This document shows, one piece after another, positions 30,417 through 40,986 of a DNA stretch of 64,000 nucleotides. The notes under the pieces are model-generated. The model worked only from the letters and a program-made list of their open reading frames with translations, ran no database searches and was not told where the DNA came from. The stretch covers positions 96,001-160,000 of the forward strand of contig CATQHZ020000001.1 in assembly GCA_958296135.2 (NCBI GenBank). The letters are read 5' to 3'. A program made the position numbers and the translations under genes. The stretch's first letter is position 1; the number at the start of each line of letters is the position of its first letter. Origin of the DNA: an uncultured Poribacteria bacterium (GTDB lineage: Bacteria > Poribacteria > WGA-4E > WGA-3G).

Positions 30417-30445
30417 ATTATACCACATTTTCCAGCGGATGTCAA
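30417..30445 (-). promoter_or_regulatory. Consensus sigma70 promoter of the tRNA operon
   Basis: TTGACA-17-TATAAT with TG extension. Confidence 0.85.
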
Positions 30446-30584
30446 ATTAAAATGCGAGAAAATTCATTTTTTCCACATTTTTTAGATAAAGGCGATTTTT
30501 AACCGCCGCATCCGTTTTGTCGCGCCGCGATGTGGACAGAAACCGGGTTCTTTTCTAACGGCTGTCGCGACCGGGAGGGCGCGC

Positions 30585-31874
30585 CTACCGGAGATTGACG
30601 TGCGATGCATCCAACGTCACAATCTGAGCTCTGTCCGGGCCGACAGAAATAATCGGAATCGGCACGTTGAGATATGCCTCCACATAAGCGACGTAGTCTC
30701 TCGTGCGCTGTGGGATGTCTTCCGAGGCGCGCGCTTCAGTGAGGGGCTGTTGCCACCCGGGCAACGTCTCGTAGACCGGTTTGCATTCGTCCAGCACCTG
30801 CAGGCTACTCGGAAACGTCGTCCTTTCCTTTCCTTGATAGCGATAGGCGACGCAGACCTGGAGTTCGTCAAGCGTATCAAATACATCCAATTTCGTCATC
30901 GCAATGGCGGTGAACCCGTTAATGCGCGCTGCGTATCGGAGTGCAACCAGGTCCAGCCAGCCGCACCGTCTGGGCCGCTGCGTTGTTGCCCCATATTCCT
31001 GTCCGATGTCCCGAATCTTTTCGTCCAAATCGGGGTGCATCTCGGTTGGAAACGGCCCGCCGCCGACGCGCGTGACATACGCTTTGGAAACGCCCATCAC
31101 CTTAGCAATCGCCTTCGGCCCGATGCCGAGGCCGGTGCATACCGCGCCCGCCGTGCAGTTGGACGATGTGACATACGGATAGGTGCCGAAGTCGATATCC
31201 AGCATCGTTCCCTGCGCGCCTTCAAAGAGAATGCGTTTTTCCGCGGCGAGTGCCTCGTGCATGAAGGCAACCGTATCTGTCACATAAGGCGCGAGCCGCG
31301 CCGCATAACCGCGATAGGTATCCAGCAAGATATGCCTGTCCACCCCACCGAGCTGGAGCGCGTCCGCCTTCGTATCCAGATTGTAATCCAGTTTCTTCCG
31401 GAAGTTGTCAAACTCCAGCAAGTCACCGATTCGGACACCGGCGTGTCGGTTCATCTTATCGGCGTAAGTCGGCCCGATGCCGCGCGCGGTAGTACCGATT
31501 TTGGTGCCGCTACCCATCTGCTCCCACTGCTCAACAGTCTTGTGGTAAGGCAAAATAAGATGCGCCCGGTCGCTGATTTTCAGGTTTTCGCTGCTGACAG
31601 CGATGCCTTGCGCGTGCAACCGGTCGATCTCCCCGAAAAGCGTCTCTAAATTAACGACAACGCCGTTGCCGATAACATTGATGGTCTCGGGCCGGAGGAT
31701 GCCGGACGGAATAAGGTGAAGAATAAAGGTTTTGTCGCCGAGGACGATAGTGTGCCCGGCGTTATCGCCGCCCTGATAGCGCGCGACAATATCGGCGTTC
31801 TCCGCGAACACATCGGTGAGTTTCCCCTTACTCTCATCGCCCCACTGCGCACCTAAGATGACAAGGTTTGACAT
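30585..31874 (-). CDS. purA: Adenylosuccinate synthetase
   Basis: GAQWGDESKGK, GGDNAGHT, IGTTARGIGP.Y.DK, FEGAQG, GATTQRPRRCGWLD. Confidence 0.98.
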   Translation of the reverse strand: MSNLVILGAQWGDESKGKLTDVFAENADIVARYQGGDNAGHTIVLGDKTFILHLIPSGILRPETINVIGNGVVVNLETLFGEIDRLHAQGIAVSSENLKISDRAHLILPYHKTVEQWEQMGSGTKIGTTARGIGPTYADKMNRHAGVRIGDLLEFDNFRKKLDYNLDTKADALQLGGVDRHILLDTYRGYAARLAPYVTDTVAFMHEALAAEKRILFEGAQGTMLDIDFGTYPYVTSSNCTAGAVCTGLGIGPKAIAKVMGVSKAYVTRVGGGPFPTEMHPDLDEKIRDIGQEYGATTQRPRRCGWLDLVALRYAARINGFTAIAMTKLDVFDTLDELQVCVAYRYQGKERTTFPSSLQVLDECKPVYETLPGWQQPLTEARASEDIPQRTRDYVAYVEAYLNVPIPIISVGPDRAQIVTLDASHVNLR

Positions 31875-31939
31875 ACGAATCCTTTTTGGGATAGACGCAA
31901 AATCCAGACTCCCGCGGAGCCTGCGACGGGCCGGTTCTT

Positions 31940-32338
31940 TTAACGTTTCGAGAACTGATACCGCGCACGCGCGCCTTTCTGCCCATATTTCTTGCGCTCC
32001 ACCATTCTTGAGTCGCGCGTCAAAAATCCACCCTTTTTCAACGCAGATTTCAGGGACTCATCGGCTTTGACGAGGGCGCGCGCGAGGCCATGCGAAATCG
32101 CACCCGCTTGTCCCGACTTACCGCCACCCTTCACGTTGACATGAACACCATACTCCCCAACTTTCGCCACATGTTCGATCGGCCGCTGTGCCGACATCCA
32201 GTGGTCTGCGCGGTGGAAGTACTCGGTAATCGGTTTTTTATTCACGATAATGCCGCCTTCCGCCCCGGGGATGATTCGGACGCGCGCGACAGATGTTTTC
32301 CGCCGGCCAGTCCCCCAGTATTGCTCAATCGTTTCCAT
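31940..32338 (-). CDS. rpsI: 30S ribosomal protein S9
   Basis: GTGRRKTSVARV, GGGKSGQAGA, RMVERKKYG..ARARYQFSKR. Confidence 0.98.
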   Translation of the reverse strand: METIEQYWGTGRRKTSVARVRIIPGAEGGIIVNKKPITEYFHRADHWMSAQRPIEHVAKVGEYGVHVNVKGGGKSGQAGAISHGLARALVKADESLKSALKKGGFLTRDSRMVERKKYGQKGARARYQFSKR

Positions 32339-32675
32339 GATATTTCCTCTTTTATTCTGCGCATTTCCAAGACGCATCAGCGTCCCGTAGGGCGCGGGCT
32401 TGTCCCTCGCCATGCCGCGATCTTCCCTCTCCGAAGCATCGCGGGAGACAGTGGACAGCTCTGCAGCGAGGCGGTAGAGATGATAGCGTTAAAGTAAGGT
32501 AGCGTGCTTTCGCGAGGCGACACACGCACGTTTGCTGTAGACGTGACCGTGTTTACGCGTGGCGACACACGCACGTTTTCTGTAGGCGTGACCGTGACGG
32601 CCCCCGCGCTACGTTCCAAGGGCTGGGTTCGCGCAGGCCTGTGCCTCGCCGTGCCGCGATCATCCGGCAACGCCG

Positions 32676-33113
32676 TTATAACCCTAAAACTTCCGGCTCC
32701 TGTGCCTGATGCGGATGATTCGGGCCGGCGTAGACCTTTAGCCCCTTCATCAGCTGTCTACCGAGGGAATTCTTCGGGAGCATCCCCTTGACAGCATTGG
32801 TGATAATGAACTCCGGCTTCACCGCCATCTGCTCGTCGAAGGTGCGGTATTTGTCGCCGCCGGGGTAGCCGCTGTGCCGGAAATAACTTTTCTGCTCCCG
32901 TTTATTCCCCGTGACAACCACTTTCTCCGCGTTAATCACTGCGATGCGGAAGCCGAGGTCTGCATGCGGTGTGAACCGCGGATGGTGCTTCCCGCGCAGC
33001 ACCTGTGCAAGGCGCGAAGCCAACCTACCAAGCACCTGTCCATCTGCGTCCGCTACATACCATTTAATCTCTTTATCCGCTTTTGGAAAATAGGTTTTCG
33101 TTTTCAGTACCAT
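32676..33113 (-). CDS. rplM: 50S ribosomal protein L13
   Basis: W...DADGQVLGRLAS, LRGKH.P.FTPH.D.G, HSGYPGG, GMLPKN.LGR, HPHQAQ.P. Confidence 0.98.
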   Translation of the reverse strand: MVLKTKTYFPKADKEIKWYVADADGQVLGRLASRLAQVLRGKHHPRFTPHADLGFRIAVINAEKVVVTGNKREQKSYFRHSGYPGGDKYRTFDEQMAVKPEFIITNAVKGMLPKNSLGRQLMKGLKVYAGPNHPHQAQEPEVLGL

Positions 33114-33189
33114 GACTGCCTTTCCTTTAAACGTCGTTTTTGTGGCAGGGAGGCGTGGTTCCGCGTCCTGCCAACACAATCTAAATAGT

Positions 33190-33218
33190 ATTATACCATA
33201 AAAAACGCGATTTGTCAA
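33190..33218 (-). promoter_or_regulatory. Consensus sigma70 promoter of rplM-rpsI
   Basis: TTGACA-17-TGGTATAAT. Confidence 0.85.
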
Positions 33219-33470
33219 ATTTTTTTGTGATTTTTTCCATAGCATCGCGGGGGACAGGCCCCCGTGCTACGGTAAAAGGGGCAGCATCGCGGGGGACAGG
33301 CCCCCGCGCTACGGTAAAAGGGCTGTGTTTGCGAGTGCCTGTGCCTCTCCCTGCCGAAACCCCTCCCTATGAACCGTAGACGAAAATAAAAACGTCGCCG
33401 CTACGATGCCCTCTACTCTTGACTTGCGAATGCCTTGGCCTCTCATCCTGCACATTTTCCAACATCTCCC

Positions 33471-33499
33471 TTGCAAATCAAAATGTTTTGTGGTATACT
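33471..33499 (+). promoter_or_regulatory. sigma70 promoter upstream of the ArsA-like gene
   Basis: TTGCAA-17-TATACT with TG extension. Confidence 0.65.
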
Positions 33500-33558
33500 T
33501 TTAAAGGAAACGGATGCCACTATCAGCAAATTACGTTAAGATAGAATGGATTAAACAC

Positions 33559-34746
33559 ATGCGAATTATTTTTTACACCGGCAAAGGCGGTGTCGGCAAA
33601 ACCACCATCGCCGCCGCAACCGGCATCAAACTCGCGCAACTCGGATACAAAACCATCGTCATCTCGCTAGACGTAGCGCACTCGCTACGCGACGCGTTCG
33701 ATAAAAGCACAACCGCCGAAACGCTCACCCACACCGAAAAGCAGCTGCAGGTAACCGAGAACCTCTGGCTCCAAGAGATTAACGTCCAGGAAGCGATTGT
33801 CGAATACTGGGACGAAGTTTACAACTACATCCGCTCCTTGCTCAACCGGTCTGGGTTAGAAACGCTCGTCGCGGAGGAAATCGCGGTGTTTCCGGGGATG
33901 GAGGAAATCTGCGCGCTCCTCTATATCAATCAATACGTACGCGAGAAGAGTTACGATGTCATTATCCTCGATTGCGCACCGACCGGCGAATCACTGCGGT
34001 TCGTCAGCATTCCGACAACGTTGGAGTGGTACATGAACCGCATCTTTAAATTGGAACGGAAGTTGGCGAGGGTCGCGGGCCCCGTCATTGAACGCGTCAG
34101 CAACGTGCCGCTACCGCGCGATCCCTACTTCCAAAATATCCAAGACCTGTTTGATAAATTGGAAGGCATCGATAGCGTGCTCACCGATCCGAAAATTACG
34201 ACAGTGCGGTTGGTGACGAATCCGGAGAAAATTGTCATCAAAGAGACACAGCGCGCGTTTATGTATTTTTGCTTGTACGGGCTCTGCATCGATGCCGTGG
34301 TCATCAATCGCATTTTCCCCGAAGGCGTGGATACCGAGTATTTTGAACTCTGGAAGCAGACGCAGCAGCACTATATCCGCGAGGCATCCAACTACTTTTC
34401 GGATGTACCGATGTGGAAGGTGAACCTCTTCTCGGACGAGATTGTGGGGCAAGCGGGATTGCAGAAACTCGCAGACACGCTTTACGCGGACATCGATCCC
34501 GCAGAACGATTTTCCGACCGGCGGCCCTATCAATTTCGGAAGAAAGATGGCGCGTATCAGTTGACAATGCAGCTCCCGTTTCTGACGAATAAGGAGATTG
34601 AACTCACCAAGCACGGCGACGAATTAATCGTCACCATCGGCGGCTTCAAGCGGCATGTCGCTTTGCCGCGGAGCCTCGCTAATCGGAGAACGACCGGGGC
34701 GAAATTAGCAGGCGAGCAACTCGTTATCACGTTTGAAACGGGATAA
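33559..34746 (+). CDS. ArsA/Get3-family ATPase, single domain with C-terminal HSP20-like extension
   Basis: GKGGVGKTT, S.D.AHSL, PGMEE, DCAPTGE; C-terminal Y.L...LPFL...I.L...GDEL.VTIG.F.R...LP. Confidence 0.9.
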   Translation: MRIIFYTGKGGVGKTTIAAATGIKLAQLGYKTIVISLDVAHSLRDAFDKSTTAETLTHTEKQLQVTENLWLQEINVQEAIVEYWDEVYNYIRSLLNRSGLETLVAEEIAVFPGMEEICALLYINQYVREKSYDVIILDCAPTGESLRFVSIPTTLEWYMNRIFKLERKLARVAGPVIERVSNVPLPRDPYFQNIQDLFDKLEGIDSVLTDPKITTVRLVTNPEKIVIKETQRAFMYFCLYGLCIDAVVINRIFPEGVDTEYFELWKQTQQHYIREASNYFSDVPMWKVNLFSDEIVGQAGLQKLADTLYADIDPAERFSDRRPYQFRKKDGAYQLTMQLPFLTNKEIELTKHGDELIVTIGGFKRHVALPRSLANRRTTGAKLAGEQLVITFETG

Positions 34747-34794
34747 CGTTCCACAACCGGTACGGGAGATGTAACCCTGCGGGATGAGAAACGT

Positions 34795-35460
34795 ATGCGA
34801 ATCGGAACCGACACTGCCGTCATCACTGTAGCCGGAACGACGTTATTAACGTTCTTAATTGTGAACCAAATCGGCTCACTCTGGGCACTTTACCCGAACG
34901 TTGTGTTCACTATCGGGTGGTTTGGATATTGGATTAGGCGGCGCGGCGAGGCACCGTCGCTGCTCTCACGGTGTCTCTTTTTTGGCATCGCCGCTACCGT
35001 CATCTATCTGCCGATAGACTGGCTGTTTTCGCGGAAAGCGCATCTGATCTTCTACCTTCATTCCGAATTTGAGCGTTTCGGGGCGCCGGTCGCGCTGGTT
35101 TTTACGTGGACAATTTTCGCCGCGCTAAGCTGTTATTTTTATGAGCGGAACGTGATGCTATGGGGGCAACGGTTCGTGGCAGCTGCACTCACCGGGCTCG
35201 GAGCGGGGGTGGGTAGCCTTGTCATCTATCGACTTGGCGATTCGCAGTTATGGGTATGGAATGACATGCGCGTTGGCACGTTTCCGCAGCTTGCAGCCGT
35301 GCCGCTCTTCATGCCCCTCGCGTTTCTGCTCACGTTCTTGTTGTGCCCGTATTACTTTCATCGAGAGCAACACCCTGCTGTCGCCGGGATACGGTGCGGC
35401 ATTTTTATGGGAGCCTTGCAGTTTTTCACGTTTTTAGCTTTTTATCTTTCCGGGAACTGA
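34795..35460 (+). CDS. Multi-pass membrane protein of unknown function
   Basis: About 7 hydrophobic segments; co-oriented between the ArsA-like gene and hslV. Confidence 0.7.
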   Translation: MRIGTDTAVITVAGTTLLTFLIVNQIGSLWALYPNVVFTIGWFGYWIRRRGEAPSLLSRCLFFGIAATVIYLPIDWLFSRKAHLIFYLHSEFERFGAPVALVFTWTIFAALSCYFYERNVMLWGQRFVAAALTGLGAGVGSLVIYRLGDSQLWVWNDMRVGTFPQLAAVPLFMPLAFLLTFLLCPYYFHREQHPAVAGIRCGIFMGALQFFTFLAFYLSGN

Positions 35461-35622
35461 GCCCCCTAGCCGCGCTTTCTAATCGCGCCTACGGGACAGA
35501 CCGCGCTTTCTAATCGCGCCTACGGGACAGGGCTGTTGACATGGCGAGGCGAACCCTCCGCGATTCGCAATCGCCGAACCGGCGCCCTACGTGCCTTCAG
35601 AAATTATTAGGAATAACAAAAA

Positions 35623-36156
35623 ATGATACGTTCAACAACCATTTTAGCTGTCCGGCTCGGCGACACCGTCGCCATCGGCGGCGATGGGCAGGTAACGCTT
35701 GGCGATGTTACCATCAAACACAGTGCCCGCAAAATCCGACGAATTCATAATGACCAGGTGTTAATCGGGTTCGCCGGGGCCGCCTCTGATGCACTCACGC
35801 TCTACGAAATGTTGGAGAAGAACCTCGAACGATACCGCGGAAATCTGCAAAGAGCCGCTGTCGAACTTGCCAGAGAGTGGCGCACCGCCCGAGCACTCAG
35901 ACGCGTCGATGCACTGCTCATCGCCGTTGATACCGAGGGGAGTTACCTTATCTCTGGCAACGGCGATGTCATCAGCCCGGACGACGATGTCCTCGCCATC
36001 GGCTCCGGCGCACCAAGTGCAATAGCCGCCGCCAGAGCACTGCACGCGCACTCAACTTTGTCCGCCAGCGAGATTGTCATGGAATCCTTGAAGATCACGG
36101 GCGAGATTTGCATTTACACCAATTCTCGCATTGAGGTTGAAACCCTGAAACCGTAG
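35623..36156 (+). CDS. hslV: ATP-dependent protease subunit HslV
   Basis: [37 protein letters not shown]. Confidence 0.96.
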   Translation: MIRSTTILAVRLGDTVAIGGDGQVTLGDVTIKHSARKIRRIHNDQVLIGFAGAASDALTLYEMLEKNLERYRGNLQRAAVELAREWRTARALRRVDALLIAVDTEGSYLISGNGDVISPDDDVLAIGSGAPSAIAAARALHAHSTLSASEIVMESLKITGEICIYTNSRIEVETLKP

Positions 36157-36275
36157 CCGAGCAGCTTACCCCGGAATCCGAACCCGCCTGTCATACAGGG
36201 AATCGCTCGGAGCCCTTGATGCACCAACCCACGTATCCGACGCTTTGCGCCGAGACGCAAAAGGAGAAACCGAAA

Positions 36276-37811
36276 TTGACGAATGAAAACAAAACCTTAG
36301 ACGATGCCCTCACACCACGGCAGATTGTTGAGGAACTTGACACCTACATCATCGGGCAATTTGATGCCAAACGCGCTGTGGCCATCGCGCTCCGCAACCG
36401 CGCGCGCCGGCAGATGCTAGCCGAAGATATTCAGGACGAAGTCGCACCGAAGAATATCATCATGATCGGCTCAACCGGCGTCGGCAAAACCGAGATAGCG
36501 CGGCGGCTGGCACGGCTCGTCGAGGCACCCTTTATCAAGGTAGAGGCATCCAAGTACACCGAAATCGGTTACGTCGGACGCGATGTGGAATCCATGATTC
36601 GCGACCTCACCGAAATTGCCATCGCCCGCTGCAAGGCGGAACAGACTACCGCCGTTGAAGAGAAGGCGCGCGAATTCGCTGAAGAACGGCTCCTAGACGC
36701 GCTCATCCCCATGCCGCGCTCCCTCCGACGACAGATGGAGGACGCTGACACTCGGCTCCTCTCTATCCTTGATGAAGATGAACCGGACGATGTTGAAACG
36801 AGCGACTCGGAGGATGATGACTCAGACGAGTCGGACATCTTTGATGAACCGATTGACAGCTCAATTGACAGCCCGCCGGAGAGTAGCAAGGAATCCGAGG
36901 AAGATGGCCTCGTCGCGCGGCGCGACCGTTACTACAAGACGCGCGACATGTTCAAAAAGTGGCTCCGCGAGGGAAAAATGGAGGATAAACCGGTCGAAGT
37001 CAACGTCAAACCCCGCAGCATGCCTTTCGTTGAAATCTTTTCACCCGGCGGTATGGAGGAAATGGACATTAACTTCAAGGACATGTTCAGTAGCATCCTC
37101 CCGAATCAGACGAAGAAACGCCGGCTGCCAGTCGCTGAAGCGCGCCAAATTCTCATGCAAGAAGAAGCCGAGAAACTGATTGACATGGACACCGTCATCA
37201 GCGAGGCAATTGAACGCGTGGAAAACGCCGGGATAGTCTTCCTGGACGAGATTGACAAAATCGCCGGACGCGAATCGCGCCAGGGACCCGATGTCTCACG
37301 CGAAGGCGTGCAACGCGACATTCTCCCGATCATTGAGGGCAGCACCGTCGCATCGAAATACGGACCCGTCCGCACACACCATATTTTGTTCATCGCCGCA
37401 GGCGCATTCCACGTCTCCAGCCCGTCTGACCTCATTCCGGAACTGCAGGGCCGATTCCCAATTCGCGTCGAACTCAAAAGCCTCACGCAAGCCGATTTCC
37501 AAGCCATCTTGACCGAGCCGAAGAATGCACTCGTCAAGCAATACACCGCCTTGCTCGAGACAGAAGGAGTCAAAGCCGTCATTACCGATGATGCAATTGA
37601 CGAAATCGCATCACTCGCTTTCCAAGTCAACGAATCGGTGGAGGACATCGGTGCACGCCGACTGCATACCATCATGGAGAAGTTGTTTGAAAACTTGTTC
37701 TTTGATGCACCCGACAGCGGAAGCGGCACCGTGACAATCAATGCCGAATACGTCACCGCCGAACTCGCCGAAATCGTCAAAGACCAGGATTTGAGCAAGT
37801 ATATCTTGTAA
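36276..37811 (+). CDS. hslU: ATP-dependent protease ATPase subunit HslU with acidic I-domain insert
   Basis: [54 protein letters not shown]; TTG start after AAGGAG (alternative start 36216). Confidence 0.96.
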   Translation: MTNENKTLDDALTPRQIVEELDTYIIGQFDAKRAVAIALRNRARRQMLAEDIQDEVAPKNIIMIGSTGVGKTEIARRLARLVEAPFIKVEASKYTEIGYVGRDVESMIRDLTEIAIARCKAEQTTAVEEKAREFAEERLLDALIPMPRSLRRQMEDADTRLLSILDEDEPDDVETSDSEDDDSDESDIFDEPIDSSIDSPPESSKESEEDGLVARRDRYYKTRDMFKKWLREGKMEDKPVEVNVKPRSMPFVEIFSPGGMEEMDINFKDMFSSILPNQTKKRRLPVAEARQILMQEEAEKLIDMDTVISEAIERVENAGIVFLDEIDKIAGRESRQGPDVSREGVQRDILPIIEGSTVASKYGPVRTHHILFIAAGAFHVSSPSDLIPELQGRFPIRVELKSLTQADFQAILTEPKNALVKQYTALLETEGVKAVITDDAIDEIASLAFQVNESVEDIGARRLHTIMEKLFENLFFDAPDSGSGTVTINAEYVTAELAEIVKDQDLSKYIL

Positions 37812-38030
37812 GAGGCGCAACTCTGGACAAACAGCAACTCTTAAACGATTGAACTCTGCGCAGGGGCAGTAGATTTCCGGGGAGACCGGCGGCACAACCC
37901 GCTCAATAACATTTTGCCGTTGGTGCCATAACTTCAAATCGGCGTGGAGGCCCCGGAAATACGCCGCGCACTCAGTGGAATTGGATGTATGGCACGACAG
38001 ATTTGTATGAAACCGGAGGGAAGCGCGCTT

Positions 38031-38962
38031 CCGTAGGAGAGCCCTCCCGCGTCTCGATTCTTTCCTATCGGCGCGCCCTCCCGCGTCTCGATGTTCGGTC
38101 CCTGTCCCCCGCGTTCTCCCAATCCCCAAACGGCCCCTTTTCACCGTAGCGCGAGGGAAACCCGGCGATCGCGATCTCTCTCGTGCACCAAAACCGTCCG
38201 CGGCCCCGTAGCGCGAGGGCCCGGCGATCGCTAATCGCCGAGGGTTCCCCTCGCGATCGTCCGAACCACACGAACCCCCTTTCACCGTAGCGCGAGGGAA
38301 AACCTGTCCCTCGCGATCCCCCCGACCGCACCAAAACCTGTCCCTCGCGGCGAAAACGTCCCCTTTCACCGTAGCGCGAGGGCCGTTACGCCGAAACGTT
38401 GTCCTCTCTGCCGCCTCGCTGCAGAGATGTCCACTGTCCCTCGCGATCGCCCACGCGATAAGAAGGCCCCCTTTTTACCCTCAGCAATCCTTCGCGCAAG
38501 GCACGGCGAGGGACAGGCCCTCGCCCTACGGATGAAGGCCCCTTTTTACCGTAGCGCGAGGGCCTGTCCCTCGCGATCTCCCGACCTTCAAGAAAGCCCC
38601 CTTTTTACTCGCGCGAGGGCCCGGCGAGGGCCTGTCCCTCGCCCTACGGACGAAGTAGCATTTTCACCGTAGCGCGAGGGCCTGTCCCTCGCGATCTCCC
38701 GACCTTCAAGAAAGCCCCCTTTTTACTCGCGCGAGGGCCCGGCGAGGGCCTGTCCCTCGCCCTACGGCAGCCACCGCTCCCGTCCCTCGCGATCTCTCTC
38801 GCGGCGAAAACGTCCCCTTTCACCGTAGCGCGAGGGAAAACCTGTCCCCCGGTAGGAGAGACTCCCGGTCTCGATTTTTGGTAGGTTCTCCCTCCCGCGT
38901 CTCAATGTATCGGTATCGGGACAAGGATGTCCCTCCTACCGTTGGCGCGTCCTCCCGCGTCT
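38031..38962. repeat. BIME-like mosaic array of GTAG REP hairpins
   Basis: About 10 copies of ccgtagcgcgaggg[loop]ccctcgc in both orientations, plus gtaggagag.ctccc..gtctcgat units. Confidence 0.9.
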
Positions 38963-38974
38963 GTTCTGTTGCTG

Positions 38975-40393
38975 TCACATCAACGTCGCTGTCCGCAAGA
39001 TAATCCGATCTTCTGTCCAATTATCGCGATACCACGTGCATGCCTCAAACGTATCGTTGAGTGCCGCCATGCGTGCTTTCAACATGGCGCGGAATTCCTC
39101 TCGGAGGGTTACAGATGCGGGCGCATTAATGAGATTGCGCGTTTGAAACGGATCTGCGACGTTATCAAAGAGTTTCTCGCTGCGATCGGCGCGGTGAACG
39201 GCGTAGGTGTGCCGCTTGGTGCGCAGCGCGCGCCACTCGTAGCCATCTTCCCACTTCGCCGTGCATCCCATGCCTTGCATAAAGGCGGCAACCGGTTCAT
39301 CGGTTTGTTCAGTGCCTTGTGCTGCTTGCCCCAAATCTGCCCCTTCAACTTCGTCAGGGATCGGCAGGTTCAGGAGTGAGAGGAGCGTCGGCATGATGTC
39401 CGGTGTGTTGAGGCAGGCATCGGCGACATGTCCTTCTGGAATCTGCCCCGGCCATCGGATGAGAAACGGGATGCGCACTGCTTCTTCATAAAAAATGTTC
39501 TTCGCGCGGCGGCCCTGCGCGCCGAACATTTCACCGTGGTCGGACGTGAAAACGAAGAGGGTATCGTCGCGCAGCCCGAGTTCATTGATGGCGCGCAGCA
39601 ACCTGCCGAGCTGCCTATCTAGATGCGTCGTCATAGCGTAATAGACGCGCATCCATTCGGGTAGATTGACACGTTCTGTCGGCGACAGCTGCGCCCACGT
39701 GTCGCCGAGCCGGTCATTTTCGTTGCGATAATTGGGCGGCCGCGGGAAGTCAACGTCTCGGAAGAGCTCATAATCGGCGGTGGGCACATTGTCTTGTGCC
39801 CACGGGTCATGCGGTGTTCCGATGGAGAGGAACAGCGCGAACGGCTTATCGCGCGATGCTTTTTGCAACGCCGTAATCGCCATATCGGTTTGCCCCTCCG
39901 GTTCATAGCCGGGAAGCATAAGTTTTTCCGGCGAATCTCGGTGGTAATACGCGTCAAAATAGCGGTGATGGAAATTGTAGGCCGCCCAGTCTCCATCAAA
40001 ACCGAGCCGATGCGGCCCCGGCGGGATGTAAGAATTCCTCGGGTCATCGTGATTTCCGAGTTGATTCGCCCACAGGTGCCATTTGCCGATATAGCTCGTC
40101 TGGTATCCGTTCCGATGCAGCACATGGCCGAGGCAGTCGTGATTCGGGTTCATCCGGAGTTCGTTAATCGCCATGCCGGTGCTACTCGCATATTTCCCGG
40201 TGAAGAGTGAGGCGCGATACGGTGCACACATCGGGCTGCCGGAGACAGCGTTGCAGAAATTCGCGCCTTCTGAGGCGAGTCTATCCATATTCGGCGTGCG
40301 CGCCTTTGCATCGCCTGCATAGCCGCACGATTGATACCGCAGCTGATCGGCGAAGACATAGACGAGATTCGGCTGATTGGGTGATGAAGACAT
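38975..40393 (-). CDS. Formylglycine-dependent sulfatase
   Basis: PNLVYVFADQ, CAPYRASLFTG, YIGKWHL, TSDHGEM. Confidence 0.95.
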   Translation of the reverse strand: MSSSPNQPNLVYVFADQLRYQSCGYAGDAKARTPNMDRLASEGANFCNAVSGSPMCAPYRASLFTGKYASSTGMAINELRMNPNHDCLGHVLHRNGYQTSYIGKWHLWANQLGNHDDPRNSYIPPGPHRLGFDGDWAAYNFHHRYFDAYYHRDSPEKLMLPGYEPEGQTDMAITALQKASRDKPFALFLSIGTPHDPWAQDNVPTADYELFRDVDFPRPPNYRNENDRLGDTWAQLSPTERVNLPEWMRVYYAMTTHLDRQLGRLLRAINELGLRDDTLFVFTSDHGEMFGAQGRRAKNIFYEEAVRIPFLIRWPGQIPEGHVADACLNTPDIMPTLLSLLNLPIPDEVEGADLGQAAQGTEQTDEPVAAFMQGMGCTAKWEDGYEWRALRTKRHTYAVHRADRSEKLFDNVADPFQTRNLINAPASVTLREEFRAMLKARMAALNDTFEACTWYRDNWTEDRIILRTATLM

Positions 40394-40429
40394 ATTGGTT
40401 CCTCATGAATTCTTTTCTTGTGGTTCGCC

Positions 40430-40835
40430 CTCCTGGTCTCGATTCTTGGTAGGTTCTCCCTCGCGGTCTCGATTTTTCGGTGCCTGTCCCCGCGTTCTCC
40501 CGCGCAGCGACAACCGCCCCTTTTCACCGTAGCGCGCGGGAAAACCCGGCGAGCGCGAATCGCCGAGGGTTCCCCACGCGATCTCTCTCGTGCGGCGAAA
40601 CCGTCCGCGGCCCCGTAGCGCGAGGGCCCGGCGATCGCGAATCGCCGAGGGTTCCCCTCGCGCTCGGTGCATGGCGAGGGACAGTGGACATCTCTGCCGC
40701 CTCGCTGCAGAGATGACAAAGTTTCGGCGTAACGGCCCTCGCCCTACGGTGTCCCCGGGTCCGTATCGGGACAAGGATGTCCCTCCTACCGTTGGCGTGC
40801 CCTCCCGCGTCTCGATGCCTTCTCCCGCGTCTCGA
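40430..40835. repeat. REP mosaic array
   Basis: Same modules as 38031-38962, including gtatcgggacaaggatgtccctcctaccgttggcg. Confidence 0.88.
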
Positions 40836-40986
40836 TAGTGAACCGATGTATAATTCATTGTAGCACAAAAAAGTCAAAAACGTGCAAGTTTTCTGTAACA
40901 TCTTTGTCGTATCCCTAACCGAAAGCTATCAGAATTTGCGTAAATCCTGTATAATGTCCCCAATTGTAAGGTAAGGAGTCTTTTTC

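Noticed and set aside
31875-31939. c-di-GMP-I riboswitch-like 'gacgcaaaa' upstream of purA
   Set aside because: It is on the wrong strand for purA and lacks the GGCAAA/GNRA partner elements
37611-38369. 252-aa minus-strand ORF and similar ORFs over 38400-40900 and 43860-44350
   Set aside because: They are translations of REP arrays or antisense to hslU; only 37840-38020 looks faintly protein-like and I could not assign it
38031-38962. CRISPR-like repeat/variable-linker array
   Set aside because: Repeats occur in both orientations with variable loops and irregular spacing, and the same units are dispersed across the window; this is REP/BIME-like
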